A DNA stretch of 63,668 nt, counting the filler, from Octopus bimaculoides (taxonomy: Eukaryota): the NCBI RefSeq assembly GCF_001194135.2. It is 7 parts of 7 records of this genome, joined end to end, with 100 filler letters (N's around TTAATTAATTAA, not from the genome) between each part and the next. Parts side by side here need not be neighbours in the genome. Positions count along the whole stretch, not along the records: positions 1 to 21,643 come from NC_068981.1; positions 21,744 to 33,392 come from NW_026307055.1; 5 more parts are not named here. One strand, 5' to 3'. Made by a program: the position numbers and the translations under genes. Below the pieces are notes generated by a model. The model had not been told where the DNA came from. It was given only the letters and a program-made list of their open reading frames with translations, and searched no databases. Shown piece after piece: positions 11,792 through 25,486 of the stretch. The stretch's first letter is position 1. Each line of letters opens with the position of its first letter.

Positions 11792-13069
11792 AAAATGGAA
11801 AGAAAGGAAGGAAGAGAAGACAGACAGACGGACGGACAGACATACGGACAGACAGACAAACTGACAGAGTGAGTGAGTGAGTGAGGAAAGGAGAGAAAGA
11901 AAAAGAAGAGTAGAACTTAGAATGAGTGAAGCTAACCGTAGAAAGACATTGCATGTGTGCAAACATTGAGAAGTGTCCGAGTTAATCAGACGGAGGAAAG
12001 GGTGAGAGAAGAGAAGGAGGAGGAGGGAGGTTGTCAGTCAGACAGACAGACAGACAGTGGTACAGAGACAGATAGACAGAGTATTAGTGAAACAGTGGTT
12101 GGTGGAATGCAGGTAGCTTCAGAGAGTTGTTCGCCGTTTCAACAAAGCACGTCTTGTAAGGGGTTCTTCCGTCGACTTGACGGAATGGAGTTGCCGGAAG
12201 TAGAGTTATTTTCAGACAGACTCGCCAAATCAGATTGATGAATCAGTCTTTGGCCCACAATGGCGTATTNNNNNNNNNNNNNNNNNNNNNNNNNNNNNNN
12301 NNNNNNNNNNNNNNNNNNNNNNNNNNNNNNNNNNNNNNNNNNNNNNNNNNNNNNNNNNNNNNNNNNNNNNNNNNNNNNNNNNNNNNNNNNNNNNNNNNNN
12401 NNNNNNNNNNNNNNNNNNNNNNNNNNNNNNNNNNNNNNNNNNNNNNNNNNNNNNNNNNNNNNNNNNNNNNNNNNNNNNNNNNNNNNNNNNNNNNNNNNNN
12501 NNNNNNNNNNNNNNNNNNNNNNNNNNNNNNNNNNNNNNNNNNNNNNNNNNNNNNNNNNNNNNNNNNNNNNNNNNNNNNNNNNNNNNNNNNNNNNNNNNNN
12601 NNNNNNNNNNNNNNNNNNTATATATATATATATAGCGATATGTATATATATATATATGCTTGTGCATATATGTATATGTATATATGTACGTACGCATATG
12701 TGTATGCTATATATGTCTATAGTACATATCTGTATGTGTGTGTGTGTGTGTGTGTGTGTGAGTGTGCAAACGTTCATATCCACAAACATGCATACATACA
12801 CACCACCGGAAGTATACTTAAAATATTCGTCCGAAACCGATTCACGAAAACCTCTTCGTTTTGGATATGTGTATATTTGTGAACGTGTGAGGGTTGTATA
12901 TGTACGTATAGTCATATATGTTTATAAATGGAAATGCATACTCTTATATATATGCAAGTGTATCATAAATGTGTATGACACGGTTATGTATAAGCATGCA
13001 TATATGCTCACTTGTTAGTGTGTATATTTCCGGATACTACGAGTAGTATGTGAATCGTTTTTGCGTGTT

Positions 13070-13467
13070 GAGATGTACGCGTGATTTTCAGTCTGTTAAG
13101 AAGACCTAAATCTAAAAATGTTATATGCCCCAAGAATATTTTATATTTTAACACCAGAAAGGTTAAATAAAATACAGAAATATCCTTTCATGATGTAGAC
13201 AATGCGTGTGTTGTCTTTGGTTCTTGTCAGTGTTTATAAACACGTGAGTTTTACCGCTTTCCCATCTCACATCTCTACACAGTTATACATGTGTATATCT
13301 AACTTACATATATGCGGACGCACATTCATGCACACATAGATGCATACATACAGATATATATAAAAGAAGAATATGTGTGTGTGTGTTTATATGTGTGTGT
13401 GTTTGTATATGTATGTATATATATGTGTGTGTATGTGTGTATGTATGTATACACACACGCACGCGCG

Positions 13468-13530
<63 letters not shown>

Positions 13531-13600
13531 TGTAACCATGGCGTCAAAGTCAATCACATCTGCATAGGACTCTATTCATGTTTTGGAGTAATGAATATTT
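13070..13600 (+). repeat. Copy 1 of a locally duplicated segment (paralogous to 18235-19240)
   Basis: Colinear blocks such as cgtgattt..cagtc, ccccaag.at, cctttcatgatgta.acaatg, catctcacatct.taca.agttatacat and catggcgtc.aagtcaatca occur in both copies. Confidence 0.8.
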
Positions 13601-15344
13601 TTTTTAAAATTCTATCGTAAACAGAAGTCTGGCAGCATACATACACATATTCTTTGGATAAGAGTAAAGAAACTCCTCCCGAGAGAAGATGTAGGCACCA
13701 AGCAGTGAAAATGAACTGATAAATAACATGTAGTTTGCTACTGCATACAGCATGGTAATACTAGATACCAGGATCAGTTACTGCAAGTCAGGGAACTATT
13801 AAGACAAACGCTCCCGATCTTCTGCTACAAATAAAGATCTTTAGCAATTTATAAAATGTTTTTTACTAAAGATTCCTCCATCGGTTACGGCTTTACACAC
13901 AGTAACAACTTCAGCGAAATTCTCTTCAAATTCCGTGATATTTGACTGGAGGCAGGCAGTCCATCGTTATACATATTCCTCGTTAGTTCAACAATCCTTC
14001 TGCGATGAACATTTAATCTAACTAAACTCCCTTACAATGTTCCTCGTGAATTTAGTAAACTTAACGTTAAAGATAACTAGAAAATGAAAATAACTATACC
14101 AAAGTAATCAGAAAGCTATAGGTACTTCACTCAGGATATTGATTTACATTTCTGAGTATAAAATGCACAACTGACTGACTCAGCATCGGTCTTGAAAAGA
14201 TGGACTCCGCAAAACGAAAAAGGATATGACTATTGAAGAGATTGCAGTTATAAGTCAATAATAACGCAGTTGAACTATGAAAATTTACCAAAAGTTCATA
14301 TTAAGATAAATTCCTTTATACACGGTGGCATTCTAGCATGGCCGCAGCCGCATGGATTAAACGAATACAATAATAAAAAAATAAGAATATAAAATGCAGA
14401 GATATAAACATACATACACAGAAACAGACAGACACACACAGACACATACATACATCCATACATACAAGTTTTTCAGTCATATATACATGTATACAAACAT
14501 ACATTCAAACATATGTGCACATCTACATATATACATACACATATATCACCTAGACTTGTACCATTTGCTCTCTTCTGGAATTTCTTGTCCTTTCTCCTCT
14601 CACCCTCTACATCTTCATTCTCTTTTTCTTGTATTATTGTCCCAAACTGGAAAAAATACAATATACAATTTTTCCCCAACCAGTAATTATTGTGGACTGG
14701 TCATCCATATAATTACTATTATTGAGTTGTTCTGATTAGTACTACTCAGCATTTTTGAAGAGATACATAACACAAAGACCAAAAATCGAACCCATTATAA
14801 ACAAACAAAATACTTCCTCTTATCACGGTTGAATAAAACCAACTTATTCTTTAAGCACAGTTCAACAAAGTGCTGTCTTGACCCTTCCATTATCTAACAC
14901 TCAGAAATTTATGATATTACTATGTGCTTAAGGTAAAAAGATAGATTATTAAATGATATTTTTAGGCTCCTCTTCAGTTCAGACGACACAACTAACTATA
15001 TTTAATATATTTAATATATATGTGTTTGTATTCCATTTTATACATTTAACATTGAATTATAGTATTCAGGATAAACATATTTAATTATATCTTGGCGAAT
15101 AACAAAAAAAAATGCAAATCATCAATAATTTTTATACTAATTTTCTTTCAAAAACCTGTAGTAATTTACTATTTAAGTCACGTTAAACCTGACATCGGAA
15201 AAGAAGTCTTTGGTATTTCCATTCTCCTGGTGCTCCCAAAGCATTTACTTATACTGTTTAATGATTTACGTTCGGTTGAGTGTAATGGTATATAGTTTGA
15301 AATGTTATGACCGCAATCGTCTCATCATGATTATGAGACATGTT

Positions 15345-15555
15345 AAGGCAGTCAGCTGGCTGAATCGTTAGCACGATGGGAAAAATGCCTGGCGGTATTT
15401 CGTCCGTCTTTACGTTCTGAGCTCCAGTTTCACCGAGGTCGACTCATCCTTTCGGCGTCGATAAAATAAGTACTAACTGAGCACTGGGGTCAATGTAATT
15501 AACTTGCTTACCTCTTCCCCGAAGTTACTGGTCTTGTGCCAAAATTTGAAACCAT
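15345..15555 (+). mobile_element. SINE family B copy
   Basis: aaggcagtcagctggctgaatcgttagcac...accgaggtcgactcatcctttcggcgtcgataaaataagtact...gtgccaaaatttgaaacc. Confidence 0.8.
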
Positions 15556-15584
15556 TAGGAGTTATGTGGAACATATGTATTATA

Positions 15585-15795
15585 GTCATGTTGTTGTTAT
15601 GATAGCGTCGTAGTTGTTGTATAGATCTGACCTTCCATGATAATGCAGACTGCTAATCATGTAACATTACTTACCATGAATAAACCCAACATAGTGTATA
15701 TATAGGACTAGATAATCAAACGATGTGGTTTGAAGAGAGGGTGTGAATGTGAGTGAGATTTTGGTGTTATTACAAGCAGGTCAAGCGAACATTAA
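15585..15795 (-). mobile_element. Degenerate SINE family E copy
   Basis: Shared blocks with 8775-9000 and 23410-23660 (catagtgtat...aggacta, gcaggtcaagcga). Confidence 0.45.
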
Positions 15796-16796
15796 AACTC
15801 ACTCCGAGACATATAAAGATATATAAATCACATTTTAAATACAGCAAGCCGTTTGTTGTGATAGATTTGTTTGATATATTGTTCTAGTTGAGAGACCACG
15901 GAGAATCTCACTAGTGTGGTTTACAAGTTGCTTGCATGTTTGCTGCAAAAAATGCCTGCAGCTCGCTTAACTACTTAGAGGCTCTTCTACTGGTTTGAAA
16001 ATATTATTTTTTTTTTTTTATGTAAACTTAGATTTTAAAATATGTAGTGAGAAAAATGTCAACTGTGACGTCCATTCGTCTCCCAGCGGCATAATAGAGC
16101 TAATTTAATTGAGATAGGGTTAAAAAGCGAATCGAGGTCAGCATCTTGTCAGAAAGTCACATACTCTTTTCGGTCATACAAAAGAAGTGGGAAAATGAGT
16201 CATATTCCTGTTCTGATTTCTCATTTCATTTTATCTATTATTCTGTTATCTATTTATTTATTTATTCTTTTTAGAATATNNNNNNNNNNNNNNNNNNNNN
16301 NNNNNNNNNNNNNNNNNNNNNNNNNNNNNNNNNNNNNNNNNNNNNNNNNNNNNNNNNNNNNNNNNNNNNNNNNNNNNNNNNNNNNNNNNNNNNNNNNNNN
16401 NNNNNNNNNNNNNNNNNNNNNNNNNNNNNNNNNNNNNNNNNNNNNNNNNNNNNNNNNNNNNNNNNNNNNNNNNNNNNNNNNNNNNNNNNNNNNNNNNNNN
16501 NNNNNNNNNNNNNNNNNNNNNNNNNNNNNNNNNNNNNNNNNNNNNNNNNNNNNNNNNNNNNNNNNNNNNNNNNNNNNNNNNNNNNNNNNNNNNNNNNNNN
16601 NNNNNNNNNNNNNNNNNNNNNNNNNNNNNNNNNNNNNNNNNNNNNNNNNNNNNNNNNNNNNNNNNNNNNNNNNNNNNNNNNNNNNNNNNNNNNNNNNNNN
16701 NNNNNNNNNNNNNNNNNNNNNNNNNNNNNNNNNNNNNNNNNNNNNNNNNNNNNNNNNNNNNNNNNNNNNNNNNNNNNNNNNNNNNNNNNNNNNNNN

Positions 16797-16833
<37 letters not shown>

Positions 16834-16858
16834 TATACACACACACACACACATATAC

Positions 16859-17215
16859 GTAGGCGTGGCTATGCGGTAAGAAGTTTGCTTTCCACCCAAA
16901 TACATAGCTCCGGGTTCGTTTCTACCAAGTGGAACCTTGGGCAAGAGTTTTCTACTATAGTCTCAAGTTTACTAATGCCTTATGAGTGGATTTGGAAGAC
17001 GGAAACTGAAAGAAGCACGTCATGTATGCATATGTGTGTGTGCGTGCGTGTGTACGTGTATGTGTGCCTTTGTTTTTGCGTGCATGTGTGTACGTGTATG
17101 TATCCATGTTTGTCCCATTCCATCGCTTGACAACCGGTGCTAGTGTGTTTACGTCCTCGTAACCTAGCGGTTCAGCACAATGTCTAATAGATTAAGTACC
17201 AGGCTTTCAAAAAGT
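16859..17215 (+). mobile_element. SINE family A copy
   Basis: aggcgtggctatgcggtaagaagtttgct head, ccgggttcg B-box, accttgggcaagagttttct CORE-like block, cgcttgacaaccggtgctagtgtgtttacgtcc. Confidence 0.8.
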
Positions 17216-17363
17216 TCTGATGTCACTCCCGAGTTCATCTGCCTTTTAATGCGTTTTGATTCTCGTTTCTCAGGCTGTTCAATAAATTTAGCTAGCTCGC
17301 TAGATAGATAGATACATACATACATACATACATACATACATACATACATACATACATAGTATG

Positions 17364-17865
17364 GTAGAAAATTGGCTCCCCAGTGGATGCTAACATCAAG
17401 CTGAAGAAGAAAAAGAAAATCAAAGGTAAAAAAAATGCCGGTGCTGAACTATTGAGAAATCTACAGATACTCTACCCACATTAGAAGTTCAGGTTTATTC
17501 CTGTAATTATTGGTGCAGTGGGATATGTAATACACTGCCTAAGTACCAGTCTTGAGAAATTAAGCTTCTCGAAACCTGAAAGGAGAAAGCTGAGTCGAAA
17601 GCTACAGATCCAAGACATCCCTGGAACTATAAAAACCTGTAAATCTTTCATTTAAGTATATATGTGCATGTCTAGACATTCCACTATCTGCATGTGAATG
17701 CGTACATTAAAGAAAACATAGAAATCAGTACATGTAGTGACTCCAAATACTGCACATTTACATAAATACATGCTAAAATAGCCTGTTGATGTTGCTGAAA
17801 TTCCAAAGAAGGAGCCTTGGATCTTGGTTAGAAACCGACTTTTTCTCTATCGGAAAAAATCTTAA
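17364..17865 (+). mobile_element. 3' end of RLE-type non-LTR element, copy 2
   Basis: Degenerate (V)EIG.PVDANIKLK...ELLRNLQILYP...FIPVIIGAVGYV...LEKLSFSKPERRKLSRKLQIQ. The 3'UTR aligns to the reverse complement of 2893-3080. Confidence 0.7.
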
Positions 17866-18234
17866 AACAAAATTGAATAATAACACACACACACACACAC
17901 ACACACACCATACATTCAGTCATAAGAATGACAGGCATAAGCATACGTACAATTTCCACTCTAAAAACAAAATGTTATTAACACTATATATGTATATAGT
18001 TATGTGCATGTATATATGTATATATTTATATTTGTATATATATGTTTAAAAGGACTAATGTTATGACAATTTTTCTGTGGATAACAGTGTGTTAGCACAT
18101 GAATTAAGTTATCTGTGCTTAAATATGTATGTTTGTATGTGTGTAGTGTGTGTGTATGTGTGTATGTGTGTATGTGTGTGTATGTGTGTATGTGTGTGTA
18201 TGTTAATCAATATACGTGTGTGCCTGCTTGTACT

Positions 18235-18496
18235 CGTATGTGCGTGATTTCAGTCCGTTAAATAGAACTAAAAAAAAAAAAAAAGAAATGCTATGTACCC
18301 CAAGTATGCGTTATATTTTAACACCCGAAAGATTAAATAGAATATAGAAATACCCTTTCATGATGTACACAATGTACATGCTGTCTTTGGTGTATCAGTG
18401 TTTATACATACGTGAAGTTTTGCCTCTTTCTCATCTCACATCTTTACATAGTTATACATCTATGCAAACATACATAGATGCATACACACACGTACA

Positions 18497-18558
<62 letters not shown>

Positions 18559-19103
18559 CATATATACATACATATATATNNNNNNNNNNNNNNNNNNNNN
18601 NNNNNNNNNNNNNNNNNNNNNNNNNNNNNNNNNNNNNNNNNNNNNNNNNNNNNNNNNNNNNNNNNNNNNNNNNNNNNNNNNNNNNNNNNNNNNNNNNNNN
18701 NNNNNNNNNNNNNNNNNNNNNNNNNNNNNNNNNNNNNNNNNNNNNNNNNNNNNNNNNNNNNNNNNNNNNNNNNNNNNNNNNNNNNNNNNNNNNNNNNNNN
18801 NNNNNNNNNNNNNNNNNNNNNNNNNNNNNNNNNNNNNNNNNNNNNNNNNNNNNNNNNNNNNNNNNNNNNNNNNNNNNNNNNNNNNNNNNNNNNNNNNNNN
18901 NNNNNNNNNNNNNNNNNNNNNNNNNNNNNNNNNNNNNNNNNNNNNNNNNNNNNNNNNNNNNNNNNNNNNNNNNNNNNNNNNNNNNNNNNNNNNNNNNNNN
19001 NNNNNNNNNNNNNNNNNNNNNNNNNNNNNNNNNNNNNNNNNNNNNNNNNNNNNNNNNNNNNNNNNNNNNNNNNNNNNNNNNNNNNNNNNNNNNNNNNNNN
19101 NNN

Positions 19104-19143
<40 letters not shown>

Positions 19144-19240
19144 ATATATGCATACAGAGATATACATTGAAACATACATACATGGCGTCGAAGTCAATCA
19201 AGTCGGCATAGGTGACTATTCTTTCGTGTAATGAATATTA
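18235..19240 (+). repeat. Copy 2 of locally duplicated segment (contains N gap)
   Basis: See 13070-13600. Confidence 0.8.
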
Positions 19241-19769
19241 TTCAATAAACTTTGCTTTGAATACCAGCTTAGTGAACAAAAATCTCATTATATCCTGTGT
19301 GTAAATGCATAGAAGAGCCTGTTTAGAGAATTCTGTAGCAGTAATGAAGCGGGAAAATTAAACTAGTAAATATTATGTGGATTTCGACATATTAGATGAT
19401 GGTAAAACAGTGTAGTGAGACCAACCATAGCGAGTCTTGCAGTCAGCAAAAGAAATTCCTGAGGGATTTTAATTTAATTAAGATGTGTACTAATTATACA
19501 AAATATTTCGGGAAGATTTCTTGGTTAGCTACATGAAAGAGATGGACAGCCAGCCACTTATATTTCAATGGGAAGCAATCTACGTTTCTTCAACAAAAAA
19601 GGGACCTTCAAAAATGAAAAAAAAAAAAGGGAAATAATGATATCTGCTGTATGGTAGGTTCTACCAACGAGTAAATTGCTAAAAACATGAACCGCAATGA
19701 AAACAACAATAACAGTGATATGACTGCCACGAGTTTGAAGGATATATAATAATGTAACATATAGATATT

Positions 19770-19935
19770 ACTGCCAAAACCAGAAAGGAGAAAGCTGATT
19801 TTGAAGGCTAAAATCCAAGACATCACTAGAACTGTAAAAATCTGTAAAACATTCCAGAAGTTTATCATTTAAGTACATATGAGTATGTCTAGCCATGCAA
19901 CTATATGCATGAGAATACATACATAAAACAAATCT
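19770..19935 (+). mobile_element. Short 3' fragment of the same RLE-type element, copy 3
   Basis: aaaaccagaaaggagaaagctga...atccaagacatcactagaactgtaaaaatctgtaaaacattccagaagtttatcatttaag aligns with copies 1 and 2. Confidence 0.65.
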
Positions 19936-19974
19936 ACACACATACACACAGGCACGCATGCATGTATACATACA

Positions 19975-20022
<48 letters not shown>

Positions 20023-21594
20023 NNNNNNNNNNNNNNNNNNNNNNNNNNNNNNNNNNNNNNNNNNNNNNNNNNNNNNNNNNNNNNNNNNNNNNNNNNNNNN
20101 NNNNNNNNNNNNNNNNNNNNNNNNNNNNNNNNNNNNNNNNNNNNNNNNNNNNNNNNNNNNNNNNNNNNNNNNNNNNNNNNNNNNNNNNNNNNNNNNNNNN
20201 NNNNNNNNNNNNNNNNNNNNNNNNNNNNNNNNNNNNNNNNNNNNNNNNNNNNNNNNNNNNNNNNNNNNNNNNNNNNNNNNNNNNNNNNNNNNNNNNNNNN
20301 NNNNNNNNNNNNNNNNNNNNNNNNNNNNNNNNNNNNNNNNNNNNNNNNNNNNNNNNNNNNNNNNNNNNNNNNNNNNNNNNNNNNNNNNNNNNNNNNNNNN
20401 NNNNNNNNNNNNNNNNNNNNNNNNNNNNNNNNNNNNNNNNNNNNNNNNNNNNNNNNNNNNNNNNNNNNNNNNNNNNNNNNNNNNNNNNNNNNNNNNNNNN
20501 NNNNNNNNNNNNNNNNNNNNNNNNNNNNNNNNNNNNNNNNNNNNNNNNNNNNNNNNNNNNNNNNNNNNNNNNNNNNNNNNNNNNNNNNNNNNNNNNNNNN
20601 NNNNNNNNNNNNNNNNNNNNNNNNNNNNNNNNNNNNNNNNNNNNNNNNNNNNNNNNNNNNNNNNNNNNNNNNNNNNNNNNNNNNNNNNNNNNNNNNNNNN
20701 NNNNNNNNNNNNNNNNNNNNNNNNNNNNNNNNNNNNNNNNNNNNNNNNNNNNNNNNNNNNNNNNNNNNNNNNNNNNNNNNNNNNNNNNNNNNNNNNNNNN
20801 NNNNNNNNNNNNNNNNNNNNNNNNNNNNNNNNNNNNNNNNNNNNNNNNNNNNNNNNNNNTATATATGCATGTATTATATATTTATAAAGTGGTAGTTCCA
20901 CGTTTCGTCAATTAAGTTTCACACGCAAGAAATTGGTAAACTCGAAAGTACAATGCATAACGATTGCCCAAAGAAGCAACTGTTTAGGATTGAACTTGGA
21001 ACTAGAAAGTCTAACTTCTTAGTTACATTTCCAGTTCAGCAGAAACTCGAAACAGGGAAGCATATATAATATATGTTTACTAAGCCTAAAACGCACCAGC
21101 TTCGGTACATTAGAACCACAACCGTAGTCATTCTAAGATATGATATATTTTAATCCAAAAGACAGTTCCTGCTTATCCCTAGGGTCGTTGTACAAGAAAA
21201 TAAAACTATTTTCGCTATGCCTAATATGCAACGTTAATCACTTTAACGAATTTTTTTCCTTGCTGTTTACTTTTACACACAGACATAAGACATATCTGTA
21301 TAAACAAACACACACATACACCCACACACGCATACACAAACGTACACACACAAACACACACAGACACGTATCTGCGCCCACACACATACATACTCTCATA
21401 CATACTCATTGTACAGGCATAGCTAAGTGGTTAAAAAGTTTGTTTCGTAACTATGAGGTCTCGGTTATGATGCCACAGTGCATTTACTGTGGCCTTGAGT
21501 TGACCCTGGGTTTGCGACTGAATTTGAGTAGGCATAAAGTGTAGGCACGTACGATAAAGTGAAAACGCCAATGATATGCAGTGGATGTGTGTGT

Positions 21595-21643
<49 letters not shown>

Positions 21644-21743
21644 NNNNNNNNNNNNNNNNNNNNNNNNNNNNNNNNNNNNNNNNNNNNTTAATTAATTAAN
21701 NNNNNNNNNNNNNNNNNNNNNNNNNNNNNNNNNNNNNNNNNNN
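21644..21743. other. Artificial 100-bp join linker 44N-TTAATTAATTAA-44N (the 12-mer also occurs at 33437, 38988, 48164, 54163 and 61771)
   Basis: Identical 12-mer embedded between N runs six times; it has stop codons in all six frames. Confidence 0.95.
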
Positions 21744-21858
21744 ATATATACACACACAGAAACACACATATCCATATATATATATATATATCCATATATA
21801 TATATATATATATATGGATATATATATATATATGGATATATATATATATAACAACGAA

Positions 21859-21896
<38 letters not shown>

Positions 21897-22266
21897 CACA
21901 CACACACACACACATACACAGACAAGCCGAAGTATTCATTTCTATTCACACAATCTTCCTATTCATTATTTTATATACATTCCTGTTTGAACACCTATAT
22001 ATATCTGTGTGTATGTATGTATGTATGTATGTATGTATGTATGTATATTCCTACATATATATACATACATATACAATGCATATATTTGTCATTGTGGTTA
22101 TTATTGCTGCCCTGACGCCATCGTGGACGGTCATATCATCCTGGAAATTCTTTCGAGTCTCGAAAAGAAATAATAAAAATAAAAAAATGAAACGTAAAGA
22201 AATAAAGACATATATCGGTGGTTGTGTGTGTCACTCTTTGTGTGTGTGCTCTTGTGTGGGTGTGAG

Positions 22267-22345
<79 letters not shown>

Positions 22346-22346
22346 G

Positions 22347-22391
<45 letters not shown>

Positions 22392-22645
22392 CGTGTATAA
22401 GTGCGTATGTAGATACTTATAGAGGGAAAAAAAGATAGATTGATATACAGAGAGACAGGCAGACAGATAGACGGACGGAAGGACAGACAGACAGACAGAC
22501 AGACAGACAGATAGATAGATAGATAGATAGATAATTATGGAACATGGGTCGAGTTATTACATGATTGTTATGGACCGTTGCACACACATATACAGTTATG
22601 ACACACACACGGATGCACATGCCTACATACACACGCATACACACA

Positions 22646-22699
<54 letters not shown>

Positions 22700-22950
22700 N
22701 NNNNNNNNNTATACAGTTATGACACACACACGGATGCACATGCCTACATACACACGCATACACACACACACATACACACACCCAATCATACGCTCCCAGA
22801 CATGAAAGTTAACTAGAAATCACAGAACCGCGACGCCGCGGATTCCTCCCCTTTATGGGAAGGTCATAACAGGTGCACTGTGTGTGTATACGCCTGTGCG
22901 TGTGCGCGTGTGTATGTGAGTATGTATATGAAATGATATATACTGTACAT

Positions 22951-23301
22951 GTCATAGGATCGCGGTTTCGATTCCTCGACCGGGCGTTGTGAGTGTTTAT
23001 TGAGCCGAAAACACCTAAAAATCTCCAGGAGGCCCCGACAGGGGATGGTGGCGAACCCTGCTGTACTCTTCCACCACAACTTTCTCTCACTCTTACTTCC
23101 TGTTTCTGTTGTGCCTGTAATTCAAAGGGTCAGCCTTGTCACACTTTGTCATGCTGAATATCCCCGAGAACTACGTTAAGGGTACACGTGTCTGTGGAGT
23201 GCTCAGCCACTTGCACGTTAATTTCACGAGCAGGCTGTTCCGTTGATCGGATCAACTGGAACCCTCATCGTCGTCGTAAGCGACGGAGTGCCAACAACAA
23301 C
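22951..23301 (+). mobile_element. 5'-truncated SINE family C with (CAA)n tail
   Basis: Nearly identical to 31841-32400; ends gacggagtgccaacaacaac. Confidence 0.85.
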
Positions 23302-23409
23302 AGTCAAGATCGCCCTTTTCCTTAACTGGCTCCTTAAAATAGGGCACCGAGCGGAGACAACTCTCTTCATACAATACATTAAATAATGTAGTCCAAGATA
23401 CACTATGTC

Positions 23410-23660
23410 ATCTAGATCAAGGCAGAACTACGATCAAAGCTCTTCAAGCTGTGACAATCCCATCATTTACTCTGGCATAATGTATCTAGGACTACATTAT
23501 CTAATGTATAGTATAGTATTTAGTATTAATGGCTATAATTGTTGTTGTTTAACCCCAGGTCAGTACTGATCCAGACAGACCTTTGACCAAGGATTTTCCA
23601 GTTCTGACCATCCCATCTTTTCTCCAGGCATAGTGTATCTAAGACTACATTATCTGATAT
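23410..23660 (-). mobile_element. Two adjacent SINE family E fragments
   Basis: Repeated ggcata.tgtatct..gactacattatct block at about 23475 and 23627; ttgttgttgtttaaccccaggtcag tail. Confidence 0.55.
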
Positions 23661-24198
23661 ATATCTATAGTAAATATGAATGACTATTGTTATTGTACTC
23701 ATTACTGTTGTTGTTGTTGTTTCGGCACTACTGCTGCTGCTCCTACTACTACTACTACTTTTTTTACTACATATTATTATACTGCAGCTACTACTACGAC
23801 TACTACAATTTATACTACAACTAATACTGTGACTACTACTATTTATAAAAGTACTATGTCTACTACTACGTGAACAACTAAGGTAAGAGCCCCACCACCA
23901 CCACCATCATTTCTTGCCCACGCCTGTATCTTAGTCAATTCCAATGTTATAGTATGAATAGCGTCGCCGCATTTTCTCACCTTCATACCGCCATTGCTTC
24001 GACGATGGACGCCATTAAAACTAGTAACACAAAACGGCGTTTGGCTGAAGAGACCGCCATATTTCCTCTTGGAACTGTGTGGAATTTCAATGGTTGCATT
24101 CCTTCCATCCCTGCTCCTTTTTACTACAGTGTATGTGGTGCTTACACACACGAATATACAGAGTTACTACACACACACACACATACATACATACACAC

Positions 24199-24230
<32 letters not shown>

Positions 24231-24283
24231 TTTGGTAAACACAATTATACACTCGTATATAGAAATATTCATATATATGTATT

Positions 24284-24327
<44 letters not shown>

Positions 24328-24378
24328 CCTTCTTTCTATATATACATACATATCTATATATATGCACACCCACCTTTT

Positions 24379-24411
<33 letters not shown>

Positions 24412-24669
24412 CACACATATATATACCGATAAATGTATATGCCGATAAACAAACATGTACACATATACNNNNNNNNNNNNNNNNNNNNNNNNNNNNNNNN
24501 NNNNNNNNNNNNNNNNNNNNNNNNNNNNNNNNNNNNNNNNNNNNNNNNNNNNNNNNNNNNNNNNNNNNNNNNNNNNNNNNNNNNNNNNNNNNNNNNNNNN
24601 NNNNNNNNNNNNNNNNNNNNNNNNNNNNNNNNNNNNNNNNNNNNNNNNNATAGACATATGTGTGTGTAG

Positions 24670-24707
<38 letters not shown>

Positions 24708-25282
24708 TTATATACGCACACATACTCACTATTCTTCTAATCATTATGAAGACAGACGGATATTCCTGGTGACTAAGGAACAGATTTTCACCTCCAACCC
24801 TCCGCCCTTTGTTGCTTTATTCTCTCATCCTTTCTTCATACTTCTTTCATTTAAAACTTCCTTCCTTTATTTCATTCATTCTGTCCTTCATTATCTCATT
24901 CGTGTTCTTTCGTTCTGTGTCTCTTTCTTTAGTTTCTGTGTGAATTTCGAAGTCCTCTACACAAAAAGCTTCCAAGTTTTTCACCTCGTGTATAAGAGAG
25001 GAAACGCTACGCTGGGCGCTACACCCGGTCCGTGAACGTGTCTATAACTATGTATGTATGTATATGTGGATATGTGTGTTTGTGTATGTATTTATTCGTG
25101 TGTTTATTGCATTCCGAAGCTATATATTTAATAATATATATATATATATACATATGTATATATGTGTGAGCGTATTTGTGTGTGGACTATTGTAGCCTTG
25201 TAACAATGTGTGTGTGTATATGCATGTGGTAGTATATATATATATATATATATTCACAAATACATATATCTATAATATTTAA

Positions 25283-25313
<31 letters not shown>

Positions 25314-25440
25314 CGATTAGAGCTTGTTAGGCTCGTAAAGGGATGATGTATTTATACATACATGTACTTTATAAATATATATATATACGCATATATATAT
25401 ATATATATATATAATTATATATATACAGATGTACGTGTGT

Positions 25441-25486
<46 letters not shown>

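Noticed and set aside
22590-22785. Apparent 70-bp tandem duplication (tatacagttatgacacacacacggatgcacatgcc...)
   Set aside because: The copies are identical and sit on either side of a 10-N gap, the signature of unmerged overlapping contig ends.
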